The notes under the pieces: generated by a model | Databases searched by the model: none | What the model was told of the DNA's origin: nothing | What the model saw: the letters and a program-made list of their open reading frames with translations, nothing else | Made by a program: the position numbers and the translations under genes | Shown: positions 48,304-64,000 of the stretch, piece by piece | How positions within the stretch are numbered: position 1 is the first letter of the stretch | Layout of the letters: every line of letters starts with the position of its first letter | Assembly: GCF_009914755.1 (NCBI RefSeq) | Contig: NC_060938.1 | Length of the DNA stretch: 64,000 nucleotides | Strand: one strand, 5' to 3' | From: the human T2T-CHM13v2.0 reference genome, Homo sapiens

Positions 48304-51300
48304 TAATTTTTAACATGGATGCATATGTTCTCTAGCCTGTAGAAGATATCCATAGGGAAACAGACTTACATTCCCCATGCTTAAATGAGCCATCATGGCA
48401 GGAATAACAAATTCCAGGCACGTGGTCTATTTTTAGCCTTCAGCAATACAATATTTAAAATAATGTATTTAAATATATTTTAGTTGGGATAGGTTCTCTG
48501 TACCACAGTCTCCACAATTTCCTCATTTTAAAAACTTATTGTCTTGACACATTCATGTTATTCTTTTGGCTACTGAAGACATTGTAATAGGGATTCCTTG
48601 CATTTTGGCAGGCTATTTTTAGATTATACCCACTGCTGTACTCAAATGCCAAATTCTAGAAACCAGAACAATCTATTTTTATAGTGCTGCTCATCCTGGT
48701 AATTTTCACCTAGGCTTAGATTGTGCTTTGTATTAATAATTTTGCAAGTGGAGATCAATAGTCTTCATTCAAAAATTCAAAGAAATATGTTAGACTCACT
48801 GATGTAGTCATGCATATAATTATGAAGGCTTCCTAGTATCACCTACTTAATGTACACCACTTTAAGTATATTTTTAATAATATAATACTTTTCAGATCTA
48901 AAGTTAGTATATAGCATTTATATGATTGAATATGTTTATACTTTTTTCATGTCACTACACCTTTTTTGTTTTGTACTATATGAATCGCTCTGATTATAAA
49001 GTCTTTCACTTGATTTGATTGTTTATGCTGCTCTTTGGCCACACATAATAATGTTCTCATTTGATTCAAAGACAAATATTTTATAAAATAAAGGCATTGG
49101 GACCACCTCCCTTTAACATTCCAATGGGATAAATCAATTATGAAATATAGCTCTTGGATGCTATACATCTCTTATTGATATATTTTCTACACATTTTAAG
49201 TTATTGTATATAAAAATTAATTTGTATGCCCAATTGTTTCCAATAATGTGGACTACTTTAGATTAATTGTTTAGATGCAAAATGTATATTTTAAAATTAT
49301 ATTAGAAATTCTTTATGTTGAAGAAATTATGCCCTAATGCCATGATCATCACTAAGAAGAAAGCCTGAACACTGCTGTCAGATTTAAAAAAGAATTATGC
49401 TTATAATATATTTTGTTCCTTTTCAGACATATTTTAAAACTATAAATCACAATGAGGAAGTCATTAGGGATTCAAAGAAAAATCTTCAATAGAAGTGAGT
49501 TTTTGTTTAATCTATCTACTTTTATTTATTTATTTTTCACAACTAGTTATTATGAGGCCACAAGATTCCCTTGGAAGTCTACTTGTGTCTGTTTAGAATA
49601 TTTCTCTTTGGAGAGTGTAGGTCTGATTTCCGAAAATAGCTCTCAATATTCACTATAGAATAGAAATAAATGAACAACTAAGTTCAACCTTAAAGCTTAT
49701 AAGAAGAGAAAACTTCACTAACTTTAATGCTGAAGTGAAAATATGTTCCAAGTCACTAAGGATTTATTTCAGATTGTTACAGCCAAAAGGTGCCAACTCT
49801 AAAATTCTGTTTACATGTTAGTGTTATCAAAGTCTTTTTGTCTATTATATGAATTCACCTCCCATTACTTATTTATAACAGTGAGTGCATGAAAGTGGTA
49901 ACAGACAAATAGGTTTTGGTGTGTAGAAACTGTCAGATTGTACTCTCAAGCAACATAACTTTTTGAAAACTATCTACTATACTAGTTGGTACTTGAGCAA
50001 TTTATGTAAAATAAAGCTATCCTTATAAAAATAAAAGTTGGTATAGTCCTGTTTTTAATAAAATTTACATATGTTTTAATTTACAATTTATGATAGTTTT
50101 TATATTTCACAATAATTTTGTTTCTTAGGGAAAACATTATTTATAAATGGAAAATATAAAGTGCAAACATCATCTTTGACATTCCAACAATTAGTCATCA
50201 CTAAAATGATTTCTCTTAAGAGCATGTATTGTAAGAGCTGTGATTTCCATAAGAATGAGATTTGGAAATTTTTCAAAATCAAGACAATTAGAACATTTTT
50301 TAAAAAATATTTCATTTAAATGCTTATTAGTTCTAAAGATAATTGTAGCAATTATTTCCTCATACAAAATAACCCATATTTCAGCCTATAATTAAGCACC
50401 TTGCCAGTCACTGAGGGATATCACATATTATTATTACTAGGAAGCTGTTTTTAGTAACTAAAAATCTATGGTTAAGAATAAATAGAGGTAGATTAATGTG
50501 AAGCTACTGAAGCTTAATTTTCAGGGCTTCTCACTTTCATAGAACCCCTCCAGCACCCTGGAAGAAATCATAGTTATGTGTTCATATGATCTATATTTTT
50601 AAAAGTTTTGCAAGGATAATTTTTAACTGCAATCAAGTGAAATTCCTGTCCACTATAAACTATCACACATGGCTAGAGTGGTTTTGGAAATTTTGAAGAT
50701 CCAGGAAATGAAAGCTGAATTCATGCTACATTTATTTAAGGTGTAGATGAATGTCCTAATGTGAATTTCAGTGACTTTCATATAAAGTTAGATCATTAGT
50801 AAGCATCTGGTAGAGATGGCTTCCTCTATGCCACCTTACCTAGCATCAGGAGATGGAGGCACAGGGGCTGAGAATTATCATAATGGAATGTGCCCTGTTA
50901 CATTTTGCATTGCATGTATGTACACAGTGGAAGCGAAATAAGATTTGAAATGAATAGGATGAGAAGTTAATAACTGAAATTCTTCCAATAATTTTATGAG
51001 CAAAATTAAAAGTTGAAGATTTGATTCTAAGCAACTCCTAGTCAAATTATCCTGGTAGAAATATATTAAATAATGCAATGTATGTACTATGTCTGCACAG
51101 TACTTTTACATTGTTAAATGGGAAATTTTATATACGAAAGAAATTATCAGAATTCTTAGTTTGTGCATCAAACATCTGTAGTAGTGTTACAAACTGTGAA
51201 CAACTCCATACGCAGATTCAAATCTCAATAATAAAAAACAAATTTTGACCAAACACAATAGAGAAAACACTGAATTACCTTTCTATTTTCTCTATAGAAA

Positions 51301-51322
51301 AATATATAAAATCATCGTCATA

Positions 51323-54300
51323 GACTCCCAGTTCTACATATAAGAAGTTTGGAAGTGAACACTTTGTTCTAACAAGTAATAAACTGAACAGACAAAATCA
51401 ACAACTTTTCTTGGATCCATAACATATGACAACACAGGGAAAACTGCTATCCCCAAGATTAGACAGACAAGCAAATGCAGAAAGTCATGGCTTATAGGAA
51501 CAGAGACTCATCAGCAAAAAACCACTATAGGGACCAGTGCCTGTTAGGAAAACTTCGACTGTAACTGAAGATTTGCTCTAAGCTTAATGCAGACAACTCT
51601 GAGAGTTAAAAGTTCCAGGAGGACCAAGTCACAGGGAGAGAGCATAATATTGTGAGTTTTACCTTCAGAACTTCAAGCAGGTTCCCAAAGTAAATATCAG
51701 AGAAAAATCCCCCTCGTTCAGGCGGAGACAGGAGAAAAGGAACCATTTTGAAATATACGATAGCACGCTGTTTCTTAACAAGGCCTGACCTCAGGAGAAA
51801 GTAGTTAACCAAGGCCTAACCTGCTGGTGCATTATCAGAGCCTAACTGACCTCGAGAAAGGGAAATGCCCAATTCTAGTCAGTTCTAACTTTCCATTTGG
51901 GAGAATGGAATGACCCAACTTCAGCCCACTGTAGCCATCCTTTCTCACCTAAGGGAGGAGAACAAAACTGAGAAACACTTGTGAAGTTCACAGTCCAGAA
52001 GTATAAACTCACGAAAAAAGTAAGACTATGAAAAGACTATCAAATGCTTCCTCTGCACACCCCTCCCCCAATTTGCAATCGCATTAATATTTACAACAGG
52101 TTATTACAAGGCACACAGAAAGGCAAAATAAAAAATAAAATCAGAATTAAAATAAGTATCAAAACTAGACATGGCAAGGATGTTGGAATTTTCAGACTAA
52201 TTTTTAAAAACTTGATTAACATGCGAATAGCTCTAATGAAAAGTAGACAGCATGAAAGAAAAGATGAACAATAAAAGCAGAAATATAAAAAATCTTAAAG
52301 AATCAAGAAGAAATGCTAGAGAAAAAAAACAGAAAAAAGAGTACCTTTGAAGGTATTAGTAGTAGACGAGACATGGCCGGTGAAAGAATCTCTAAACTTG
52401 ATGGTATATTAATAAAAATTTCAAACACTTACAGGAAAGAGAACAAGCACTGAAAAAAAAACCAACAGAATATCTGAAGACTGTGGGACAACTGCAAAAT
52501 CTCTAACATCTCTCTAATGAAAATTCCATAAGGAGAAAAGAAACGATAGGAACAGAAGAAATATTTGAAACAATAATGACTGAGATTTTCCCCAAATGAA
52601 TGTAAGACAGCAAACCAGAGATCCAAGAAGCTCAGAAAACACAAAGCAAAATAAATATAAAACAAAACAAAAACTCCAAATGATGCCTAGGCATATCATT
52701 TTTAAACTATAAAAAAACAAACAAGAAGAAAAAATCCTGAGAGCAGTCAGAGGATAGAGACACTTTACCTCTAAAACAATAATTACATCTGACTTCCCTT
52801 GCACTTTTCAGTGCAAGCAAGAAAAGAATGGATTGAAATAGTTAAACTGTTGATAGAAAAGAAACACCAACCTAGAATTCTGTACCATAAAAATTATCTT
52901 TCCAAAGTGAAAGAAAAATAAAGACTTCCTCAGACAAATAATAATTGATGAAATTTGTTGCCAGTAGCTGCCTTGTAATAAATAGTAAAGAAATTTCTTT
53001 AGAAAGAAGGAAAATTTTATAGGTTAGAAACCTGAATGAAGAAAGAACATCAAAGAAGGAATAAATGAAGTAAAATTAAAACTTATTTTTCTTACTCTTA
53101 ATCTAACAAATAAAATTTTGTTCAAAATAATAATGGCAATAAATTCAATTATATATTCTATTATGTATGTTGATATATACATAATTGATATGGTTTGACC
53201 CTGTGCCCCTACCCAAATTTGACCTTGAATTGAAGTAATCCCCTTATGTCAAGGGCAGGACCAGGTGGAGATAATTGAATCACAGTGGCGTTTTCCCCCA
53301 TACTGTCCTCATGATAGTGAGTTCTCATGACGTCTGTTGGTTTTATAAGGGGCTTTCTCCCCATTCACTCTGCACTTCTCCTTGCTGCTGCCATGTGAAG
53401 AAGGATGTGTTTGCTTCCACTTTTGCCATGATTGTAAGTTTCCTGAGGCTTCCCCAGATATGCTGAACATGAATCAATTAAACCTTTTCTCTTTATAAAC
53501 TAACACAGTCTCAGATATGTCTTTATTAGCAGTGAGAATGTACTAATACAATAATCAAGTATATTGTACTTATATATGTTTATGTGTATGTGTATATATA
53601 CACAAATGAAATAAATGACCACAATGATACAAGGGATGGGGAGGAATCAGGATTATTTTGTTATTAGAAGGTGCTCACATTACACATAAAGTGTTTTAAT
53701 GTTATTTAAAAGTGGATTTGGGTTCCTTACAAATGCCTATGACAAACTCCACAGCAACCACCATAAAAGCTAAAGAACAGGATGCATAACTGATATGCTA
53801 AGAGACAGAGAAAATCGAATTATATCAAGTGTTCAACTGAATACCACAAAGCACAGAAAAAGAGTGGAAAACAAAAACAGACAAAAAGAACAAGGGAAAC
53901 AAATAGAAAAAGTAACAAATATGGAAGTTGTTAACCTAAACATATCAATAATCACTTTGAACACGTTAAACAACAGAGGTTGTCAGAGAGGGTCAAAAAA
54001 TGAGACCCAGTTATATATATTCTACAAGAAACCCACTGTAAATATAAAGACACATATAAATTAAAAGTAAATGGTTGGAGAAAAATATACCATACTAACA
54101 TCAATCAAAAGAAAGCAGAAATAGTTGTATTAATTTTAGACAAGGCAGACTTCAAAGCAAGGGAAGTTAACAGAGATAGAGAAGAGTGTTACATAATAAT
54201 AAAAGAGTCATCTCTCTAAAAAGACATCACAATTCTTAATGTGTGAGCACCCAAAAGCAGACCATCAAACAACATGAGGCAGAAACTAATAGAACTGAAA

Positions 54301-57300
54301 AAAGAAATAAATTAATCCACTATTATAACTGGAAACTTCAATACCCATTTGTCAGAAATTGACAGATCTGTAAGTCAGAAAATCAGTAAGGACATAGTTG
54401 AACTAACAAAATTATCAATTAACTGAATAGAATAGACATCTACTAACTATTTCATCCAACAACAGCACAATACACATTCTTCTAAAGCTCACAAGTAACA
54501 TTCACAAAAATAGACCACATTTTGTATCGTAAAACACACCTTAACACGTTTAAAACAATAAAAATCATACAATGTCTATTCTGAGAGCACAATGGAATTA
54601 AACAATAAATTAATAACAGAAAGATAATTGGAAAATCACCAAATACATGGAGACAAAACAACACATTTCTAAACAACAAATGGGTCAAAGAAGAACTTTT
54701 AAAATATTTTGAATTAAATAAAAATAAAAACACAATTTTTCACTATTTGTAAGATACAGTGAAAGCAGTGCTTAGAGGAAATTGATAACATTAAAATACA
54801 TTAGAAAAGATAAAAAATTAATAATTTAAATTTAAATAAGAAGAGTAAATTAAATCCAAAGTAAGAAGAAGGAATTAACAAGAGTTAGAACAGAAATCAA
54901 TAAAATTTAAATCGGGAAATCAATAGAGAAAATCAAAAGCTGTTTCTTTGAAAAGGTCAATAAATTATGTCTCTAACCAGAATAGAAATAGAAATAGAGG
55001 AGATAACACAAATTGCTAATATCAGAAATAAAAGAGGGAGCATCACTACAGATCGCATGAACACTGAAAGGATAATAAAGGAATATGATGAACAATTCTA
55101 TGCCTACAAATTTGAAAACCTAGATAAAATGAACCCATTTCTTAAAAGATGCAATTTGCCGAGAAGCTCACACAAGAAGAAATAGTCTGAAAAGGACTAT
55201 ATCTATAAATAATAAATAACTTTCCAAAACAGAAGACACCAGGCTGAGATGGGTTTATTGATGAATTCTATCAAATATTTAAGAATGAAATTATACTAAT
55301 TCTCTATAATCTGTTTCAGAGAGTGGAAGTGGCAGGCCTACTTGCTAAGTTATTCTATAAGACTAGCATTACTATAATCACAAAAACCAGACAAAGATAT
55401 ACAAGAAAATAAAACTAAACACTAGTATCTCTCGAACTCATCAAATAAAAAATTCTCAAAAAAAAATAGCAAATCCATCAACAACAAAGTTCATTAAAAA
55501 ATTATATGCCATGACCAATTGGGATTTATCCAAAGTATATAAGGTTGTTTCAATATTTAAAAATAAATTAATGCAATTTATTACATTAACAGGCTAAAAA
55601 TTGCATAATTATATCAACAGTGGCTGAAAAGAATTTGACAAAATTCAGCACTAATTCATAATTTTAAAAGTTGCAGAGGACTTTCTCACCTTGATAAAGA
55701 ATACCTGCTTAAAAAAATACCCGCAAAAAAACCCAAAAAACTACAGGTAATACCATACTTAATAGTGAGAAACTTGAAGCCTTCCCACTAAGATTAGAAG
55801 CATTGTGAGGATGTCCCCTGTAACCATTTCTTTTCAATCTCATATTGAAAGTACTACCAAATCCCATAAGACAAAAAAAAAAGGAAAGGAAAAAAAAGAA
55901 AAGGCATACAGATTGGAAAAGAAAAATTAAAACTACCTTCATTTGCAGATGACACAATGATCTAGGTAGAAAATCTGAAGGAATCAACAAAAAAACTTCT
56001 GGAATTAATAAGTAATTTTAGCAAAGTTGCAAAATACGATCTTACTATACAAATGTCAAATGTTTTCCTACATACCAGCAATGCACAAGTTGAAGCTGAA
56101 ATTAAGTACACAATATCATTTATATTAGCATCCCCCAAGAATAAAATACTTAGGCATATATCTAAGAAAATATGTACAAGAGCTACAAGGGAAAATTAAA
56201 ACCCTAATGAAACAAATTAAAGAACTAAATAATTGGAAAGCTATTCCATATTTATGGATAGGAAAACTCAGTGTTATCAAATGTAAATTATTCCAAACTT
56301 GATTTATAGATTCAACTTATAGATTGCCAATGAATATTCTAGCAAGTTATTTTTGTGAACATTGACAGACTGATTATGAAGTTTATAGAGATAGGCAAAA
56401 GGCCCAGAATAGCCAACACAATATTGAAGGAAAGGAACAAAGTTGGAGAACTGGAATTACCCAACTTGAAGACTTATTATAAAGCTACAGTAATCAAGAG
56501 AGTGTAAGACCAAACAAATAAATTAATAGAACAGAATAAAGAGACCACAACTAAATTCATATAAATCTAGTAACTGACCTCTGACAAAGGGGTAAAGACA
56601 ATACCAGGTCAAAGGAAGTCTTTTCAACAAATATGGACATATTAAAAAAAGTGAATCCAGATATATGCTTCAGAAAAATTAACACAAAATGAAACAGATC
56701 TAAATGTTAAATCTGAAACTTAAAACTTCTAAAAGATAACACGGGAAAAAACCTAGATAACCTTGAATTATCTAGGTTAAGACATTTTAGATATGACACC
56801 AAAGGCACAATCCATTAAAGAAATACTCAATAAGTATTAAATGAAAATTTAAAAACTTTTCCTTTGAAAAAGACAATAAGGGACTGAAAAGACAAGCCAC
56901 AAAATGGGACAAAATATTGCAAAAGACAAATATGATAAGGGACTTGTATCCAAAGTATACAAAGGACTCTTAAAACTCAACAATAAGAAAACAACCTGGT
57001 TTAAAAAAAGTTAGCCAAAGACATTAACAGACAGCTCATCAGAGAAGATAATATAAATGGCAAATAAGCATATGAAAAGATGCTCTGCATCATATTTCAT
57101 CAGGAAAAAAATGCACATTAAAACAGCAATGACATACCATAACACACTTAGAATGACCAAACATTAGCATACTGACAATACCAAGTGCTGACAAGGATGT
57201 AGTGCAACAGGAACTCTTATCCTTTGCTGACAGAAATGCAAAATTGTACAGCGATTTTGAAAGATGGTTTGACAGTTTCTTACAAATTTATACATGTTGT

Positions 57301-58010
57301 TGGCATATATCCAGCAATTGTGCTCTTTGACATTTACCAAAGCATTTGAAAACTAATATTCACACAAAAATCTGCACAAAGATGTTTTTAGCAGCTTTAT
57401 TCATAATTGCCAAAACTTGGGCACAATCAAGATACCGTTCAGTGAGTGAGTGGATAAACAAGCTGTGGTACATCCATACAATGTAATATTATTAAGGTTA
57501 AAAAGGCTATCAAGCCATGTAAAGATCTTGTGGAACCTTAAATCAATATAATTAGTGAAAAAAGCCAGTTCATAAAGGATACAAGAGGATTCCAACTATA
57601 TGACATGCTGAAAAAGGAATAAATTTGGAAACAGAAAAAATGATCAGTGACTGTCAGGGTTTAGGGGAACAGAGGTAAGATTCAAGGCAGAGAACAGAAG
57701 ATTTTTAGGGTAGTAAAAAACATTATATGTGATACTATAATGATGTATCCATTTCATTATATATTTGTTCAGACCCATAAAATATACACCAAGGGTGAAT
57801 CCTAGTGTAAAAAATTATGGACTTTGGATGATTATGATGTCAATTTAAGTTAGTTAATAGTAACAAATGTAACACTTTGATAAGGCATGTTCACAGTGGG
57901 AAAGGCTATGCATACATTGGAACAGGAGTTAAGTGGGAAATCTCTGTACCTTCTACTCAATTTAGCTATAAACCTAAAACTGCTATAAATACATAAAGTT
58001 TTAAAAAAAA
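51323..58010 (+). mobile_element. Full-length L1MC1-like element (decayed)
   Basis: L1MC-type 5' end, ORF1/ORF2 remnants and 3'UTR ending AAACCTAAAACTGCTATAAA; degenerate TSD AAAATCATCGTCATA / AAAATCACTGTTATA. Confidence 0.88.
53186..53550 (+). mobile_element. THE1C-like (MaLR) solo LTR
   Basis: TGATATGGTTTG...TACTAATACA; perfect TSD ATAAT. Confidence 0.92.
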
Positions 58011-58520
58011 ATCACTGTTATATGAAGAGGAAATCTGAGGATGCAAGTCAAAAATATAGAAACAACTGGAAATTAGGAGATTCATGTAGTAATTACTTTT
58101 TCCAGATTTCATGATGCTTGTGGTATTAATAAACATCTTACAATTTGTAATTTGTTGTCATTTTATTTCTTAATGAAAAATGTGGACACAAATTACCAAA
58201 TTTAGTCTTCATAATTTTAAACACTCTTTTTAAAAGAGGCCATTAAAGTTGTAAAACCCTTAGGTTTCAGAACACCTGGATTATCTCTTAGTAAGCAATT
58301 AATTGTTACACTTGAACAAATAAATATTTAATATGCACTTTAGAAATTATGAATTCTTCCAAAACAAGACTATTGTGTTGGAAGTCTGAAAGTCAGGGAA
58401 ACCATGACAAATCTAATTTGTCCCAAATATAGTCTTTCATGTAAAATTCTCACATATTGCCTGTAACAAGCAGAGTGTTTCATATTCCTGGATGTGTTAG
58501 GAAACACATGGGTCTCACAG

Positions 58521-61027
<2,507 letters not shown>

Positions 61028-61507
61028 CTCAATTTCTGTGAAATTTTGAGAATGGCAAAATAGGTTTGGGAGAATATTTATCAAAAGTAGCTTTTAATGA
61101 ATGCATGCATCTCCTCCCATAAATATTAACAAACAACATTATTTCTCTTGCTATTATTTGCATACAGCATGATGTATATAAATTTTATTATACAAGATAT
61201 CATAACCTCATATAGTTTTTCTAAGCCAGAAAAGAAAACCTTTAAGTAGACCTTAAATCACTCCACAAAATAGGTATGTCTTGTTACAAAATCTCCAAGC
61301 TTGTTGATTCTAGTTACACGATCATAGTGCTTTAAAATGTTATTTTTCTGGAAGTCTTTTTTCCCCTTTACTCAACATTCTTTTGTTCCACTGAAACTCC
61401 TTTTCTTGTGTTTACTATTCAGTTCATATGGGAAAATGCTATTAATTGCCTACGTTAATATTTTGCATTTTATCTTCAGAGACATGTGACAGTAAGGAAT
61501 CTTACAT

Positions 61508-63117
61508 TAATAGCGGTGGTGGCCCATCTGGAGTGATCACTGGGAGGATGCTGGCTGTAGCAGGTAAAGTATGGCTGGGGCTTCATGCTCTGTAGAGCCA
61601 GCGGAAGCTGGGAACATGCGAAAGCCCCACACCCTACGTAGTGGACAGGACAGGAGCCCACGCTCCCCGGCACAGCTGCAGCTGCCCAGACATCACTCCA
61701 GACCCCAGCATTCCTGCACTCTCAGCGACCCAGGAAGCCCTCTGCTCCTGCAGGCTTGAAAGTTCCTGCTCCCCCTGTCGGGCCTCTTCCTGTGCCCGGC
61801 ACCTGCTCTAGGGCGGAGCAAAGTTGTGGTTGAGTGCAGGCACTGTTGTAACACGGCAAGGGACAAGGTGTGCGTGCACTCAGGGCGACGCTGACACACC
61901 CACCCCCTTAGGCCCCTTCAGACTTTGGGCACCAACCAGCACTGGAGAGGGCTGGGTGGGGCTAAGGGTGGCTCAGCACCGGCCTGCAGGCATCCCTCAG
62001 CACGGATATCCTGCGTGCTCTGGACGGCATGCTGACGGTGGTGGGAGGCAGACAGGTTTGTAGGCGCGAAGGGGTGGTTCGCTGGTGAAACCGTTCCTTC
62101 AGGCCAGGAACGGCCTGAAGCCTGGGGGCCAGGCTACCAGTTCTGGGCGAAGTACACAGCCTGGAGTAAGAACTTCACTGATGACCATTCAGCCAGTCGA
62201 ATGGTGCTTTTTTAGACCCTCCCATGGCCTCCCGCAGACCAATCAACACGCACTTTCTTCGTTCTCAGCACATCAAATTCCCAGACTTGGCCAGACTCAC
62301 ACACGCAGCGGGACGACTTACCTGCAGAAAGGAGCTACCCACTAGGAGTCTCCTCTCTGCTGAGAGCTGGACACTAGTCAGGATGACCTGCCTGCAGAAA
62401 GGAGCTTCAGGTCTACTGAGAGCTGTTCTGTCACTCAATAAAGCTCCTCCCTGCCTTGCTCACCCTCCAGTTGTCTGCATGCCTCATTCTTCCCGGATGC
62501 AGGTCAAGAACTTGGGACTCACCGAATGGTGGGACTTAAAGAGCTGTAACACAAATGAGCTGAAATTCCTCCCCCCAGTCACCTCACCCCCCAACCAGCC
62601 CCGCTGCTCACAACGTTGCAGGCGAGCGACAAAAAAGAAAGAAGAGCTGCGGCCCTTTGGAAAGCCCAGACCTAGGTGCTCTCCAAGCCAGGGCTGTGAC
62701 ACTCTCTTTGGGACTCTGTGGTTCCTGGCATCTCCAAGCGTCTGAGCTCCATCGTGTTCCCCTCATCCACATGCAGGTGCCCACGGTGGAAGACACTTGC
62801 ATCACATCTGATCCCGCCACAGCCTTACACGGAGCTGGCACATGTGCAGCACCTACAGCTGCCCACCCCAATGTAGCAGCCAACGTGCCAGGCTGTGCGC
62901 AGTGGTTGGACCCTACGCTCACTCGCTCACACACCCTTTGCTTCTCTGCACCTGGCTCACACCCTTGTCAGGCATGGGATCCAGGCCGGTAGTATGGCTG
63001 AGCAAAGCCTGCTGGGCCGAATAGGTGGAACAAGCCCAGTGGGCCCAAGCAAAACTCAGGCATAGGCACTACAGACCACAGAGGTTGGAAAAGTGACACC
63101 CTAAGGATCCTGTGACA
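61508..63117 (+). mobile_element. MER52-family (ERV1) long solo LTR
   Basis: GC-rich ~1.6 kb; TAATAGCGGTGGTGGCCCATCTGGAG start, CCAATCA, AATAAA ~62437, end AAGGATCCTGTGACA. Confidence 0.88.
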
Positions 63118-64000
63118 ATGTGGCATTTGAAATAGAAAGAAAAAAAATCTTGCTGCATGTTTTTTGTCTTATCAATGACGGGAATTAAGATACATCTGAA
63201 TTGCATAGAACAGTTTTTAAAAATGAAGTCTCTCTACATAAATTATGAAAGTATAAAGAATTAAATATATTCAGATAATCAGAAATTTAAAATTCAATAC
63301 TCAAATCACTATACTGTTATTGTAAAGTCTGTCATTTTCTCATCTTGTTTTACTATGTGATTAGGTTGACGTAGGATCAGGGCTTTACTCACCGTTTGTT
63401 TTAATTCAATGTTCTTTTCTTTCCCACTCTAATATCTATAAAAAGAAAAATTTATTATAGCTTTATTTTTCTGCAATAAGAAAATATTTGGTTTTTAAAT
63501 AATTGATAATATTTTATCTCATACATAGTCCTTCATCACAAATAAGCGATTCCTGCAACTGTATAGGGCCCATAAAATCATGTTTAGTAAGAAGGTCAGT
63601 GTTGTAAGCTAAGGAGATTTTGGATAATGAATGACCCTGAAAAGTAAAATAATATTTTGCCATCTTATAATGATTTCTACATATGAAGAGCTAAGGTGGA
63701 TACTCCTAGCAGCTTTATTTTCTTTGTCTTTGAAATTAAATTTTAATAAGTTGAATATGTATTGAAATATAGACTGTCACATTTTTCAATTTGCAATAGA
63801 ATCAAAAAGAAGAAGTATTTGTATTCATATTTTTGGAGAAATATACTATGTCTAATCTGAAAACATTGACTATGTTTCCATTTTTGAAAATTATCTTAAA
63901 TGAATCCTTCCTCAAACGTCCCCTTGTTTTATCTTTTGAATCCATGAGTGGACACGTTTCAGTGCCAGCTTGGTCCTCTTTTAATATTTTAATTTTTTTT

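Larger units (their letters stand above)
50482..58290 (+). mobile_element. Zaphod/MER115 (hAT-Tip100) transposon split by L1MC (5' part 50482-51322, 3' part ~58011-58290)
   Basis: Left end AGAGGTAGATTAATGTGAAGCTACTGAAGCTTAA; right end GTTGTAAAACCCTTAGG...ACCTGGATTATCTCT. Confidence 0.75.

Noticed and set aside
62224-62745. Longest ORF (173 aa)
   Set aside because: Lies wholly in a GC-rich MER52 LTR where stop codons are rare; no domain similarity recognised

Overview
Primate (very likely human) AT-rich non-coding DNA, intergenic or deep intronic. I find no intact protein-coding gene, RNA gene or CRISPR array. The ORFs in the supplied track are decayed L1/Alu/LTR fragments or chance ORFs. The first ~27 kb mixes unique sequence with old repeats: MER44, MIR, L2, LTR16, MSTA, MADE1, MER20, a collapsed LTR33-flanked ERVL, MER94, MLT1/MER3 and a probable RTE-clade LINE fossil. 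The rest is a stack of nested elements: three 5'-inverted L1s (one with an apparent 3' transduction), a near full-length L1MA, a full-length L1MC1 splitting a Zaphod hAT transposon, Alus (J, Sc, Sp, Y), a complete THE1B and ERV1 solo LTRs. Family names are from recalled consensus sequences, not from a database run. I cannot support a new biological system here. The best leads are the L1 3' transduction, a CpG-retaining CTCF motif in an old LTR, templated-insertion repair scars, the RTE fossil and a candidate 42-nt minus-strand micro-exon.
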